The translations under genes and the position numbers were made by a program. A stretch of DNA of 64,000 nt. Source: Acutalibacteraceae bacterium. GTDB lineage: Bacteria; Bacillota; Clostridia; Oscillospirales; Acutalibacteraceae. The notes beneath the pieces were generated by a model. It ran no database searches. It was not told the origin of the DNA and saw only the letters and a program-made list of their open reading frames with translations. Shown one piece after another: positions 1 through 7,483 of the stretch (position 1 is the first letter of the stretch; each line of letters begins with the position of its first letter). The stretch is from positions 5,730-69,729 of the forward strand of contig JAZNSZ010000018.1 in assembly GCA_045591465.1 (NCBI GenBank), in the 5' to 3' direction.

Positions 1-23
1 ATACACTTTTTTTGTAGCCATAA
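1..23 (-). CDS. 5' end of an unknown gene running off the left edge (MATKKVY...)
   Basis: ATG at 23-21 on the minus strand, preceded by AGAGGTG at 4-nt spacing. Only 7 codons are visible. Confidence 0.3.
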
Positions 24-109
24 TGCACCTCTAAATTTAATATTCTGTATCTTCATTACCTATTATATCAAACGGTGGGTACAAACTCAAGCTTTAATTT
101 GAAAAAAGC

Positions 110-141
110 ATAAAAAAAATAGAGGGTGCTTCCGCACCCTC
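110..141 (-). terminator. Rho-independent terminator-like hairpin
   Basis: GAGGGTGC-ttcc-GCACCCTC (122-141), followed on the minus strand by a run of 8 T. Confidence 0.5.
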
Positions 142-397
142 GTTAGAGTAATATGTATCAAGGAGATCGTTAAGGCAATCTCCGAACGATTTACCTTGTT
201 CGAAAACGTCTTCGAACTCAATGGTAACCTTTCTCATAGGTTTGCCGCCTTTCCGATTAAAATAATTATTTAAGGCGGTAACGTTCTCACGTTACCCGAT
301 ATTAAATTGTATGTAGACTGAAATTGAAAAATGTCTATCTATCGCAAGTTTTAGGACTGCGTAGATAACTAACTTTACAACTGTAAATTTCAGCCTC

Positions 398-440
398 ATA
401 ATTATTATAGTTCGAGTATTTTTAGGGGCGGGGCGAAAAC
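398..440 (+). repeat. Copy 1 of a roughly 45-bp element-internal direct repeat (ATAATTATTATAGTT...GGGGCGAAAA)
   Basis: About 75 percent identical by eye to 3298-3342. Lies upstream of mob. Confidence 0.5.
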
Positions 441-490
441 CTATGAAGTGAAAAATTTTGCAAAAATTTTTATTGGGGAAGCTCACGGCA

Positions 491-534
491 GGGGTGCAAC
501 CCCATAGTGCGAAGTAGATTTGACGGTCGTCAAA
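491..534 (+). other. Candidate oriT for the MobV relaxase
   Basis: Hairpin GGGGT-gca-ACCCC (491-503) followed directly by ATAGTGCG (504-511). A second inverted repeat TTTGACG-gt-CGTCAAA lies at 519-534. The site is about 70 nt upstream of mob. Confidence 0.45.
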
Positions 535-602
535 TCATACTGAGTACTATCTGCCGAACCGCTTTTTAGAACTTCTATACTGAAGTAAAGGCGGTGATTA
601 TT

Positions 603-1889
603 ATGGCAAAAATGAAAGCAACAGTTAGAAATGGTCGGACAAATTCAGCAGGGCGCGTTTTCAACGCTAACCACAACACAAGGGCAGAAACACGAAATCT
701 TGAGGGGCATATCGACCACACCCGAACAGCGCAAAATCTAAATTTTAAGTTTTACGCCGACGGCAACATTGAAAGGTGCGACAGTTTTGATTCAAAGATT
801 TTTGAGTTATCTCAATATGAGATTTATTACGGCGAGGGGCAAAATGCCAAAAACGAACGCTACAAGGCAGACGGACACCCTGAACGCTGTAAAACGGTTT
901 CGGAGGTTTACGCTCACCCGAAAACCGCGCCACTCGAAACTATTTTACAGCTTGGCAATATGCACACCGATATTCCCCCTGAGGAAAGACGGCGCATTTT
1001 GACGGCTTCGGCATTTCAGCTAATAGACATTTTAAGGGCAAAGTATGGGGACAATTTAAAGATACTATCGTATTCGGGGCATCAGGATGAAAAATGCGAA
1101 CATGGACATCTGAGATATTGTTTTGTCAGTAGGGATAAATTTAATTATTCTGTTTGCAACCAATCTCAAGCGTTCAAACAAATGGGTATTGACCGCCCTG
1201 ACACAAGCAAAAAAGAGGGCAAATACAACAACCCCTTAATGACCTTTTCCGAAATGTTGAGAAGCACGTTTTACGACCTTTGCGAGAAAAACGGCGGTAT
1301 TGAGATTGACCGCGAGGTCAAAAACCCAAGCCAAAAGCACAGGGATATATTAGAGTATAAGTGCGAACAACTGCAAAAGAATGTTGCAGAATTGACGGCA
1401 GAGCGCAACACCCTGCGCGACCAAAACAACATTACAAAAACCATTCAGGCAAGTTTCGACGAGGTTGAAATCGACATTGAAGCCGAAGCGGTGCCACAAC
1501 GCACCCACAGGGGTCAGGTTGTCGAAGCCGAAAAGGTCAAAATCAAGAAAAGTGATTTGGATTGGCTGAAAGACCGTGCAAGGCTCGCTATCGGTATTAA
1601 AACGGCTTTTGACAAACTGCAGCGGTATGGCAAACAGCTTTGGCAAGATGTCAGTAGGGATAAAATTGTTGCCGATTTGACCGAGAGAGCCGAAAGAGCC
1701 GAGCGCAAAGCAAGGGAAAAAGAGGCAACCGCAAAACGCCTGACCGAAAATCTTGACCGAGCTTATGAACAGCTACAAGACCAAGAGGAATTTATGAAGC
1801 GCGTGGGAATTTGGCAAAGATTTTGCAATTTTATAAAAGAGAAATTCAGGGAACGTCAGGAAGCTGAACACTCCGACCGCACCCGATAA
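603..1889 (+). CDS. mob: MobV/Pre-family plasmid mobilisation relaxase
   Basis: N-terminal HN-x-R motif (NANHNTRAE) and an HxDE...H-x-H motif (GHQDEKCEHGH). Long charged coiled-coil C-terminus. The ATG at 603 has an AAAGGCGGTG RBS (the track ORF starts at a GTG at 594). Confidence 0.85.
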   Translation: MAKMKATVRNGRTNSAGRVFNANHNTRAETRNLEGHIDHTRTAQNLNFKFYADGNIERCDSFDSKIFELSQYEIYYGEGQNAKNERYKADGHPERCKTVSEVYAHPKTAPLETILQLGNMHTDIPPEERRRILTASAFQLIDILRAKYGDNLKILSYSGHQDEKCEHGHLRYCFVSRDKFNYSVCNQSQAFKQMGIDRPDTSKKEGKYNNPLMTFSEMLRSTFYDLCEKNGGIEIDREVKNPSQKHRDILEYKCEQLQKNVAELTAERNTLRDQNNITKTIQASFDEVEIDIEAEAVPQRTHRGQVVEAEKVKIKKSDLDWLKDRARLAIGIKTAFDKLQRYGKQLWQDVSRDKIVADLTERAERAERKAREKEATAKRLTENLDRAYEQLQDQEEFMKRVGIWQRFCNFIKEKFRERQEAEHSDRTR

Positions 1890-1903
1890 AAAGAGGTATT
1901 TAT

Positions 1904-2404
1904 ATGGAAAATTTAGACTTAAACAAGGTCATAGACTCAAATGAAAGCATTGAAAGTGCGGAAGCAAGGCTTGAAACCGTAAAAGCAGAGGTAAGCATAG
2001 AGGAAGCCATGCGCGAAGCCTTTTCAAAAGACCTTACACCCAAAATCTTGCGCCGTAAGGTGCGCTATAAAAGGGTAAACGGCGTAAAAGTGGAGTTTGC
2101 AGAGGTAACTGTTTACGAAACCGAGCTTAACGACTTGGTAGAAGCCGTTAAAACTCCTGCAAGGATAAAGCAAAATTACGAAAAATTGCAAACTCTCGGC
2201 GTACAGCTAAAGCGCGAAACCTCGCAAACCGAAATTTATAAACGCTGTATTGAGGCAGAGGCACAAATTAAACAGCTAAAAACCGAAATAATGCTTTTAG
2301 AGGCGAAAGTTAAGGAACGCGACCGCGAAATCGCAGAAATACAGACACAAGGCGCAGAGCCATATATTGACTATGAGGAACAAACCTTTGATTTAGAAAT
2401 TTAA
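1904..2404 (+). CDS. Hypothetical coiled-coil protein (element-borne)
   Basis: 166-aa ORF with an AAAGAGG RBS, 15 nt after mob. Glu/Lys-rich heptad-like sequence with no recognisable motif. Confidence 0.6.
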   Translation: MENLDLNKVIDSNESIESAEARLETVKAEVSIEEAMREAFSKDLTPKILRRKVRYKRVNGVKVEFAEVTVYETELNDLVEAVKTPARIKQNYEKLQTLGVQLKRETSQTEIYKRCIEAEAQIKQLKTEIMLLEAKVKERDREIAEIQTQGAEPYIDYEEQTFDLEI

Positions 2405-3196
2405 CCAATCAAGACTTGCCGTTTCGGGCAGGTCTTTTTTCGTCGGCACACGGCGTAAAAGCGCCGTCAGGTATAGACCGCCGTATGTGTCCTCAATAAA
2501 ATCAATGCTATTTTCGACCGTTTCAAAGCCGTTAAAATGGGTTTCGAGGTATATCGCGCTGTCGCTGTCCTTTTGGCAGAACGCCAACATTTTACGGTGT
2601 GAAATCCGCCCGTCGTGTTCGGTGGTCGTAGGCTTTTCAAGGCTACGGCTACCACACCACCGCTTGAACGTCGGGCGGTCGCCCTCGTCGTCATTGCCTT
2701 TGGTGAGATACACCGCAAGAGCCGTCAATCCGTCCTTTTCAAAACGCAAACGCTCGGCTGATACCGTCCCCTGTCCCCAAAGAGCAGAAAGCTCGTCCCT
2801 GCTCAAGCCGTCTGTGATAACAAGGTGGGCGTGTAGGCGTTGGTGTTCCTCGCCATACTCAATTATGTATATATATTTAGGCTCAAGCCCTGCGTTTGCA
2901 TACTTGCGTTTTACTCGGCGCAGAAAGTTTTGCACCGCCCTTTGACAGTCGGCGACCGTTTCGGGTAGGCGGTCATCTTCAAAGGTCAGCGTAACAAAAA
3001 GGTCTTTTTCGTTAAAATTGGTGTGCAAGAGCCTACGCAGACGGTCGGTGGCGTGTCGGTGGTTTAGCCTTTTTTGTATTTCGGTTGTCGGCTTCTTTCG
3101 TTTGCCTCGTCCTCTCTCTTGGGTGTAAACAGGGTAAATTGCTACCTCAATGTAGTCCCCACAAGTGTATTTTCTCTCTCGATATGTTCTTTGCAT
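2393..3196 (-). CDS. rep: HUH-superfamily rolling-circle replication initiator (Rep)
   Basis: Motif 1 FVTLTF, HUH motif LHAHLVIT, Tyr motif AVYLTKG. GAAAGGA RBS. Confidence 0.8.
   Translation of the reverse strand: MQRTYRERKYTCGDYIEVAIYPVYTQERGRGKRKKPTTEIQKRLNHRHATDRLRRLLHTNFNEKDLFVTLTFEDDRLPETVADCQRAVQNFLRRVKRKYANAGLEPKYIYIIEYGEEHQRLHAHLVITDGLSRDELSALWGQGTVSAERLRFEKDGLTALAVYLTKGNDDEGDRPTFKRWCGSRSLEKPTTTEHDGRISHRKMLAFCQKDSDSAIYLETHFNGFETVENSIDFIEDTYGGLYLTALLRRVPTKKDLPETASLDWLNF
2411..2440 (+). terminator. Terminator of the mob operon, embedded in the 3' end of the convergent rep gene
   Basis: AAGACTTGCC-gtttcg-GGCAGGTCTT followed by TTTTTT. Confidence 0.6.
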
Positions 3197-3297
3197 AATG
3201 TTGTCCTTTCTGTTTGTGGTTGTTGAGTTAATACCTTTTACAAGCTCGGCAAAACCGAAGCAGTCGGCAAGGGTTAGTATAGAATTTATAAAACTCT

Positions 3298-3342
3298 ATA
3301 ATAATTATAGTTTGATTACATTTTTGATCGAGGGGCGAAAAT
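3298..3342 (+). repeat. Copy 2 of the same direct repeat
   Basis: ATAATAATTATAGTTTGATTACATTTTTGATCGAGGGGCGAAAA, in the rep/cargo intergenic region. Confidence 0.5.
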
Positions 3343-3390
3343 AAGAAAAGGCGTGCATTTTTGCACACCTCAGTTGTAACACATTATGTA

Positions 3391-3419
3391 TTGATATTTG
3401 TCGTAAAATATGATATAAT
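3391..3419 (+). promoter_or_regulatory. Sigma-A type promoter of the cargo gene
   Basis: TTGATA, 17-nt spacer, TATAAT, with an extended -10 TG. Confidence 0.6.
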
Positions 3420-3459
3420 TAATTTGTTAATAAACTTGAATTTTAAAGGCGGTCGTCTT

Positions 3460-4038
3460 ATGAATAAAATTATCGATTTTATTGCCCGATGGAATAAATC
3501 AACAAAAATTCTAATTTCAATAATTTTAGCACTAATCATTCTTTTTATGTCTATTTTCATTCCAACCTATAAGCAATACTCATATTATAAAAATGAAATG
3601 GCAATTAAAAATTACAATAGTTGGTGTGAAATATTAAATATTGCTAATAAAGTATATAATATTCAAAATATTGATGATCTTAAATTGTGTCGCGGATATA
3701 TAAATGGTGTTATATATGCAACACACTCCGAATTATTGCCAAATTTTCACGGGCAACCCACCTATACTTATTTTTTAACATTAAATTATGACAGTTTTAT
3801 TGCAGATGTCGTTTCAAACAATAATTACGAAGAAGAAAAAAGAAACGAAGCATTTTTACTTTTGAAAGAAATTAGTTTAGAGTTACAGGAATTGTGTGAA
3901 AAAATACTTGATATTTCTGAAAACAATAAATCTGCACTAATTGAAAGGGATTCTAAAATTTATAAGGAAGCAGAAAAGCTTATACACGATTTTTGCTATG
4001 AACAGGGTAAAATAATTTATGATTTTAACCATTCTTAA
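3460..4038 (+). CDS. Hypothetical N-terminally membrane-anchored protein (AT-rich cargo)
   Basis: ATG at 3460 with an AAAGGCGG RBS; the track ORF from 3361 is an upstream extension. One predicted TM segment (ILISIILALIILFMSIFIP). About 25 percent GC. Confidence 0.6.
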   Translation: MNKIIDFIARWNKSTKILISIILALIILFMSIFIPTYKQYSYYKNEMAIKNYNSWCEILNIANKVYNIQNIDDLKLCRGYINGVIYATHSELLPNFHGQPTYTYFLTLNYDSFIADVVSNNNYEEEKRNEAFLLLKEISLELQELCEKILDISENNKSALIERDSKIYKEAEKLIHDFCYEQGKIIYDFNHS

Positions 4039-4052
4039 ATTCTACTTTATAG

Positions 4053-4089
4053 AAAATAGCAACTACTATTTTTAGTAGTTGCTATTTTT
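4053..4089 (+). terminator. Perfect 15-bp-stem terminator
   Basis: AAAATAGCAACTACT-attttt-AGTAGTTGCTATTTT, followed by a T-rich tail. Confidence 0.7.
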
Positions 4090-4097
4090 GTACCTTT

Positions 4098-4688
4098 TTG
4101 CTTTTGTCGTGGGGGAATGATGACACACAGGATTTAATCGATATTTTAAAGGAATATGATGTTCCTGCAACATTTTTTGTCGTGGGCGCTTGGGTGGATA
4201 AATATCCCGAATCGGTAAAGGCGCTGTCTGATGCGGGGCATCAAATACAAAACCACTCAAATACCCATCCGCACATGCCACAGCTTTCGCGTGAGCAAAT
4301 GAAAGACGAAATTGAAAGTTGCAACAAGAAAATCGAAGCGGTAACGGGCGTTTGCCCAACCCTTTTGCGCCCACCCTACGGCGATTATGATAACACCCTG
4401 ATAGAAACCATGACCGAACTTAATATGTATACAATTCAGTGGGATGTTGATAGCCTTGACTGGAAAGATAATGCAACACCCGATAGCATTTGCAAAAGGG
4501 TAACGAGCAAGGTCAAAAACGGCTCTATAGTGCTGTTCCATAACGATGCCGACCATACACCCGCAGCACTTCCCAATATTCTCAAATGCTTAAAAGACGA
4601 GGGGTACGAATTTGTGTTTATAAGCGACCTTATTTACACCGAAAATTACGAAATCAAACACGACGGAACGCAGTGCAAAATATCGTAA
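4098..4688 (+). CDS. Polysaccharide deacetylase (NodB/CE4, PdaB-like), apparently 5'-truncated
   Basis: SWGNDD at residues 4-9 corresponds to the first NodB motif (compare SWGEE of B. subtilis PdaB, from memory). HSNTHPH and LRPPYG motifs are present. There is no signal or TM region, only a TTG start directly after the terminator. Confidence 0.75.
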   Translation: MLLSWGNDDTQDLIDILKEYDVPATFFVVGAWVDKYPESVKALSDAGHQIQNHSNTHPHMPQLSREQMKDEIESCNKKIEAVTGVCPTLLRPPYGDYDNTLIETMTELNMYTIQWDVDSLDWKDNATPDSICKRVTSKVKNGSIVLFHNDADHTPAALPNILKCLKDEGYEFVFISDLIYTENYEIKHDGTQCKIS

Positions 4689-4771
4689 AAAAAGACGGCT
4701 AATGCCGCCCTTTAAAGATTACAAATAATGGTGATGGAATTGTAGACCTACGAACGATTTGTCGAATTGTC

Positions 4772-4800
4772 TTGACAAATTACCGTATGTGATATATAAT
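4772..4800 (+). promoter_or_regulatory. Consensus promoter of the candidate antisense sRNA
   Basis: TTGACA (4772-4777), 17-nt spacer, TATAAT (4795-4800). Confidence 0.65.
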
Positions 4801-4805
4801 ACAAG

Positions 4806-4894
4806 TGAAATAAGGCACACCGTATAGACGGCTAACCTATTTTTGTAGTTAAAAAGATAACCGCAACTTTTGGTCGAGGGCGGTTATTTTTTTA
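4806..4894 (+). ncRNA. Candidate type I antitoxin sRNA (about 88 nt)
   Basis: Runs from the consensus promoter to the hairpin plus T-run at 4857-4894. No ORF. Overlaps the toxin 3' end antisense and carries ACCGTATAG, complementary to the toxin 5' UTR. Confidence 0.5.
4857..4894. terminator. Bidirectional terminator shared by the convergent toxin and sRNA transcripts
   Basis: ATAACCGC...GCGGTTAT stem, flanked by an A-run upstream and a T-run downstream. Confidence 0.65.
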
Positions 4895-4955
4895 TGCTTA
4901 AAATGTACCCAATCACAAGCACCATAAGAATTATGATAAATGCTTCTTGTTCCAT
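4884..4955 (-). CDS. Candidate type I toxin, 23-aa hydrophobic peptide MEQEAFIIILMVLVIGYILSIKK
   Basis: AAGGGGGTGA RBS 5 nt before the ATG. A single TM-like helix with a KK tail. Too short for the ORF track. Confidence 0.55.
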   Translation of the reverse strand: MEQEAFIIILMVLVIGYILSIKK

Positions 4956-5049
4956 AGCATCACCCCCTTATATTTCAAGGGGGCATATACCCCTTGAAAC
5001 ATCAAAGGGTTAACCGCCTACCGTATAGGCATACCTTATTCCGTTTGCT

Positions 5050-5078
5050 ATTATAACATATATCGACAATATCTGCAA
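5050..5078 (-). promoter_or_regulatory. Promoter of the toxin mRNA
   Basis: On the minus strand: TTGCAG (5078-5073), 17-nt spacer, TATAAT (5055-5050). Confidence 0.55.
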
Positions 5079-5126
5079 CAGTAATCTTTTTAAACTTTTT
5101 ATAAAAAAGTCTTTACTTTTTTATAG

Positions 5127-5381
5127 AATGATGATTCTCTTGACTGGAGAGAAAATGCTACGCCAGAAAATATTGCCAAACGGGTAACAAGCAAGGTTAA
5201 AAACGGCTCTATAGTCCTTTTCCACAATGACGCCGACCATACACCCGCCGCTCTCCCCAATATTCTCAAATGCTTAAAAGACGAGGGTTATGAGTTTGCG
5301 TTTATAAGTGATTTGATATTAAAGGATAATTACGAAATCAAACACGACGGAACGCAATGTAAAAAAGACGGCGCTGAATAG
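5127..5381 (+). pseudogene. 3' remnant (84 codons) of a second PdaB-like deacetylase copy
   Basis: No start codon; there is an in-frame TAG at 5124-5126. About 88 percent aa identity by eye to the C-terminus of 4098-4688 (DSLDW...KHDGTQC). Confidence 0.8.
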
Positions 5382-5394
5382 CACCGTCTTTTTT
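5367..5394 (+). terminator. Terminator after the deacetylase remnant
   Basis: GACGGCGC-tgaata-GCACCGTC followed by TTTTTT. Confidence 0.6.
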
Positions 5395-5424
5395 AGTGAA
5401 GAGTGAAAAGTGAATAGTGAAGAG
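5395..5424 (+). repeat. Heptamer array, AGTGAAN x4
   Basis: AGTGAAG AGTGAAA AGTGAAT AGTGAAG AG, read directly from the sequence. Confidence 0.7.
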
Positions 5425-5630
5425 TTTCGGTGTGCCTTCGGCACGGATATAAATTGGAAAAGCAGTGGCACTGCGACACAATGACTTGGGGGTTAATGTG
5501 TGTGTTTTCTTGTGTGTGATTTTCAAAGATATAAAATATTCCTCCTTCGTTTATTTCATTTTTAAATTCCTCTTACATTGTATTATCTAAATACAATATT
5601 AGTATTATAGAAAAATATTTAAAAAGCAAG

Positions 5631-5663
5631 AAAAAAAGACGGCGATTTTTCGCCGTCTTTTTT
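5631..5663. terminator. Bidirectional terminator downstream of the phosphatase gene
   Basis: A7-GACGGCG-attttt-CGCCGTC-T6. Confidence 0.7.
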
Positions 5664-5691
5664 CTATTTTTTGATATGTTAGTGTTGGGAA

Positions 5692-7155
5692 TTAACCACA
5701 GATAGCATCTATTGCGATTTTAGCAAAATCGGTGTTATCAATTTTGCCATTGAGTTTTTCAGAGCCAACACCTACACCAAATGTTCTTACATCAACACTG
5801 GAATGTACGTTAGATGTGAATAAAGAATTATCAAGTGCGTAGTTGCCACTTGGAAGTGTCACACCGCCGGTTTCGTGGTCGGAAGTGATAATAAGTAATG
5901 TATCAGGATTTTCTTTCATGAACTTAAGAATTACTGCAACTGTGCGGTCAACGGTAATAACATTATTGACTTTACCATTGATATTTTGCTTATGGCCCCA
6001 AGTATCACCAGCGGTGCTTTCCACCATAAGGAAGAAGCCGGTGCCTTTATTCTTTAAGCGGTTAAGAGCAACTTCTGTGCAACGTGCAAGAGTATTAGAT
6101 ACTTCGAGAACGCCTTCTTTAAAGAAACCGAAGAAGGGTTTTTGACGAAGCGGGTCTTCGTTAAGGGCGTTATTAAATTTGCCAAACTCGGTTGCAACAA
6201 GGAATTTTGATAAATCTACTTTTGAGAAATCGGCATCGCCCTTATAACCTTGACCGATTATAACATCGGGTTTAAATTGTGCATAAGCTTGTGCAATTTC
6301 CAGATAGTTGCTTCTAGAAGAATTGTGAGCAACGAAGGCTGCCGGTGTAGCGCCGGCAATATCATCGGTGGTAACAATACCAATCATTTTGCCCTTTTTT
6401 CTTGCCTTTTCTGAAATATTCTCTAAAATTTTACCGTCTAGGGTTATACCGAGGTGTTTGTTGTTTGTCTTAACACCGGTAGCTAAGGCTGTACCTGCAG
6501 CCGCAGAGTCGGTAGCAGAAGCAACCCCACTTAAAGTGCTCAAAGAACTAGTAACACATGTGCCGTTATTCTGGAATTGATTTAATATTGTGCCGGAATC
6601 GAGTAATAAATCCTTACTAAACTTTTCAGCCAATACAATATCATTTGGACCCATACCGTCGCAAATCATCATGATAACGTTTTTTGGTTTTTTGTATGTC
6701 ATTGAAAGTATTTGTTGAACTTCCGATTTAGTAATGGTGATTTCGCCGTCGGTGTACCAATCGGTATAACTAGGGTCAATAGCGCCACAACTTTGGCACT
6801 TTCCGTTTACATATTTATGACCCAAAGCTCTGGCAACTGTGATTCCGCAGAGTTTACATACAGAAGCCTTAACGCAAGTAGCGGCATTGTAAGAGTGTTT
6901 GCAGTCTTTTGCGTTTGCGGTAACATTAGAACTGGTTTTATCGTTTGCAGTGTTCTTGTTACTTGAAGTGGTTTTGTCGCTCGAAGTGGTACTGTTTGTA
7001 CCGGTTTGAACAGAGGAATTACCTGTAGAAGAATTTGTACTAGAGATAATTTGGTCGCCCTCTTCATAGAACGATTCATAGGTTGCGCCTGAGTTACAGG
7101 AACAAAGGGTAAAGAGCATTACTATAATACAAAGTACGGATAAAATCTTCTTCAT
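5692..7155 (-). CDS. Alkaline phosphatase family lipoprotein with Ser/Thr-rich linker and Cys-rich insert
   Basis: Signal peptide plus Cys (LFTLCSC). DGMGP metal-site motif, TDSAAAGTA (Ser nucleophile motif) and SDHETGG. Confidence 0.85.
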   Translation of the reverse strand: MKKILSVLCIIVMLFTLCSCNSGATYESFYEEGDQIISSTNSSTGNSSVQTGTNSTTSSDKTTSSNKNTANDKTSSNVTANAKDCKHSYNAATCVKASVCKLCGITVARALGHKYVNGKCQSCGAIDPSYTDWYTDGEITITKSEVQQILSMTYKKPKNVIMMICDGMGPNDIVLAEKFSKDLLLDSGTILNQFQNNGTCVTSSLSTLSGVASATDSAAAGTALATGVKTNNKHLGITLDGKILENISEKARKKGKMIGIVTTDDIAGATPAAFVAHNSSRSNYLEIAQAYAQFKPDVIIGQGYKGDADFSKVDLSKFLVATEFGKFNNALNEDPLRQKPFFGFFKEGVLEVSNTLARCTEVALNRLKNKGTGFFLMVESTAGDTWGHKQNINGKVNNVITVDRTVAVILKFMKENPDTLLIITSDHETGGVTLPSGNYALDNSLFTSNVHSSVDVRTFGVGVGSEKLNGKIDNTDFAKIAIDAICG

Positions 7156-7483
7156 TTGTTTTTCACCTTTCTGTTATTAATGTTCATTCAATTTTAACAT
7201 GTAGTATAAATTCAATCAATAAACAAAACAAATTAAAACCTTTCAAAAACAAATATTTTTAATTATACTTACTGCGTAACTGCGAAATGGTAATCGTGAT
7301 TTTAAATATAGATGCTATTGGTGTGAAAAGTTTACCAATTTGTCGAATAAAAAAATATATATTCTTAATTTGTATAAAATGCATTTTTACGACTTGACTT
7401 TAATATAAAACCGCATTACAATCAATAGTACAAATAAACGAAAAAACTTTTCAAAATAAATATTTATACAAAGGTATTTTTAT

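Larger units (their letters stand above)
1..5126. mobile_element. Right-hand part of an integrated mobilisable rolling-circle-plasmid-like element (relaxase, Rep, cargo, TA candidate); left end is off-window, right junction about 5127
   Basis: Mob and Rep genes. Mosaic GC: about 48 percent in the mob/rep lines against about 25 percent in 3460-4038. A host pdaB-like gene is truncated at 4098 and its 3' end is repeated at 5127-5381. Confidence 0.55.

Noticed and set aside
93-237. 47-codon minus-strand ORF (MRKVTIEFEDVFEQGKSFGDCLNDLLDTYYSN...) upstream of the off-window gene.
   Set aside because: Its last 15 codons read through a strong terminator hairpin and T-run, so the transcript would end before the stop codon. 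There is no recognisable motif. It was kept out of the feature list.
5338-5526. 62-aa minus-strand ORF with an AAGGAGG about 13 nt upstream of a TTG start.
   Set aside because: It runs antisense through the deacetylase remnant, its terminator and the heptamer array. The RBS spacing is long, the start is TTG and the protein is low-complexity. It is most likely not a gene, though the strong SD-like sequence at 5551-5557 remains unexplained.
7235-7468. Direct repeat AAAAC(C/T)TTTCAAAA..AAATATTT.TA at 7235-7262 and 7442-7468, between the phosphatase and AraC genes. Possible Pho or AraC sites.
   Set aside because: There are only two copies in about 80 percent AT intergenic DNA, so chance similarity is plausible without statistics.
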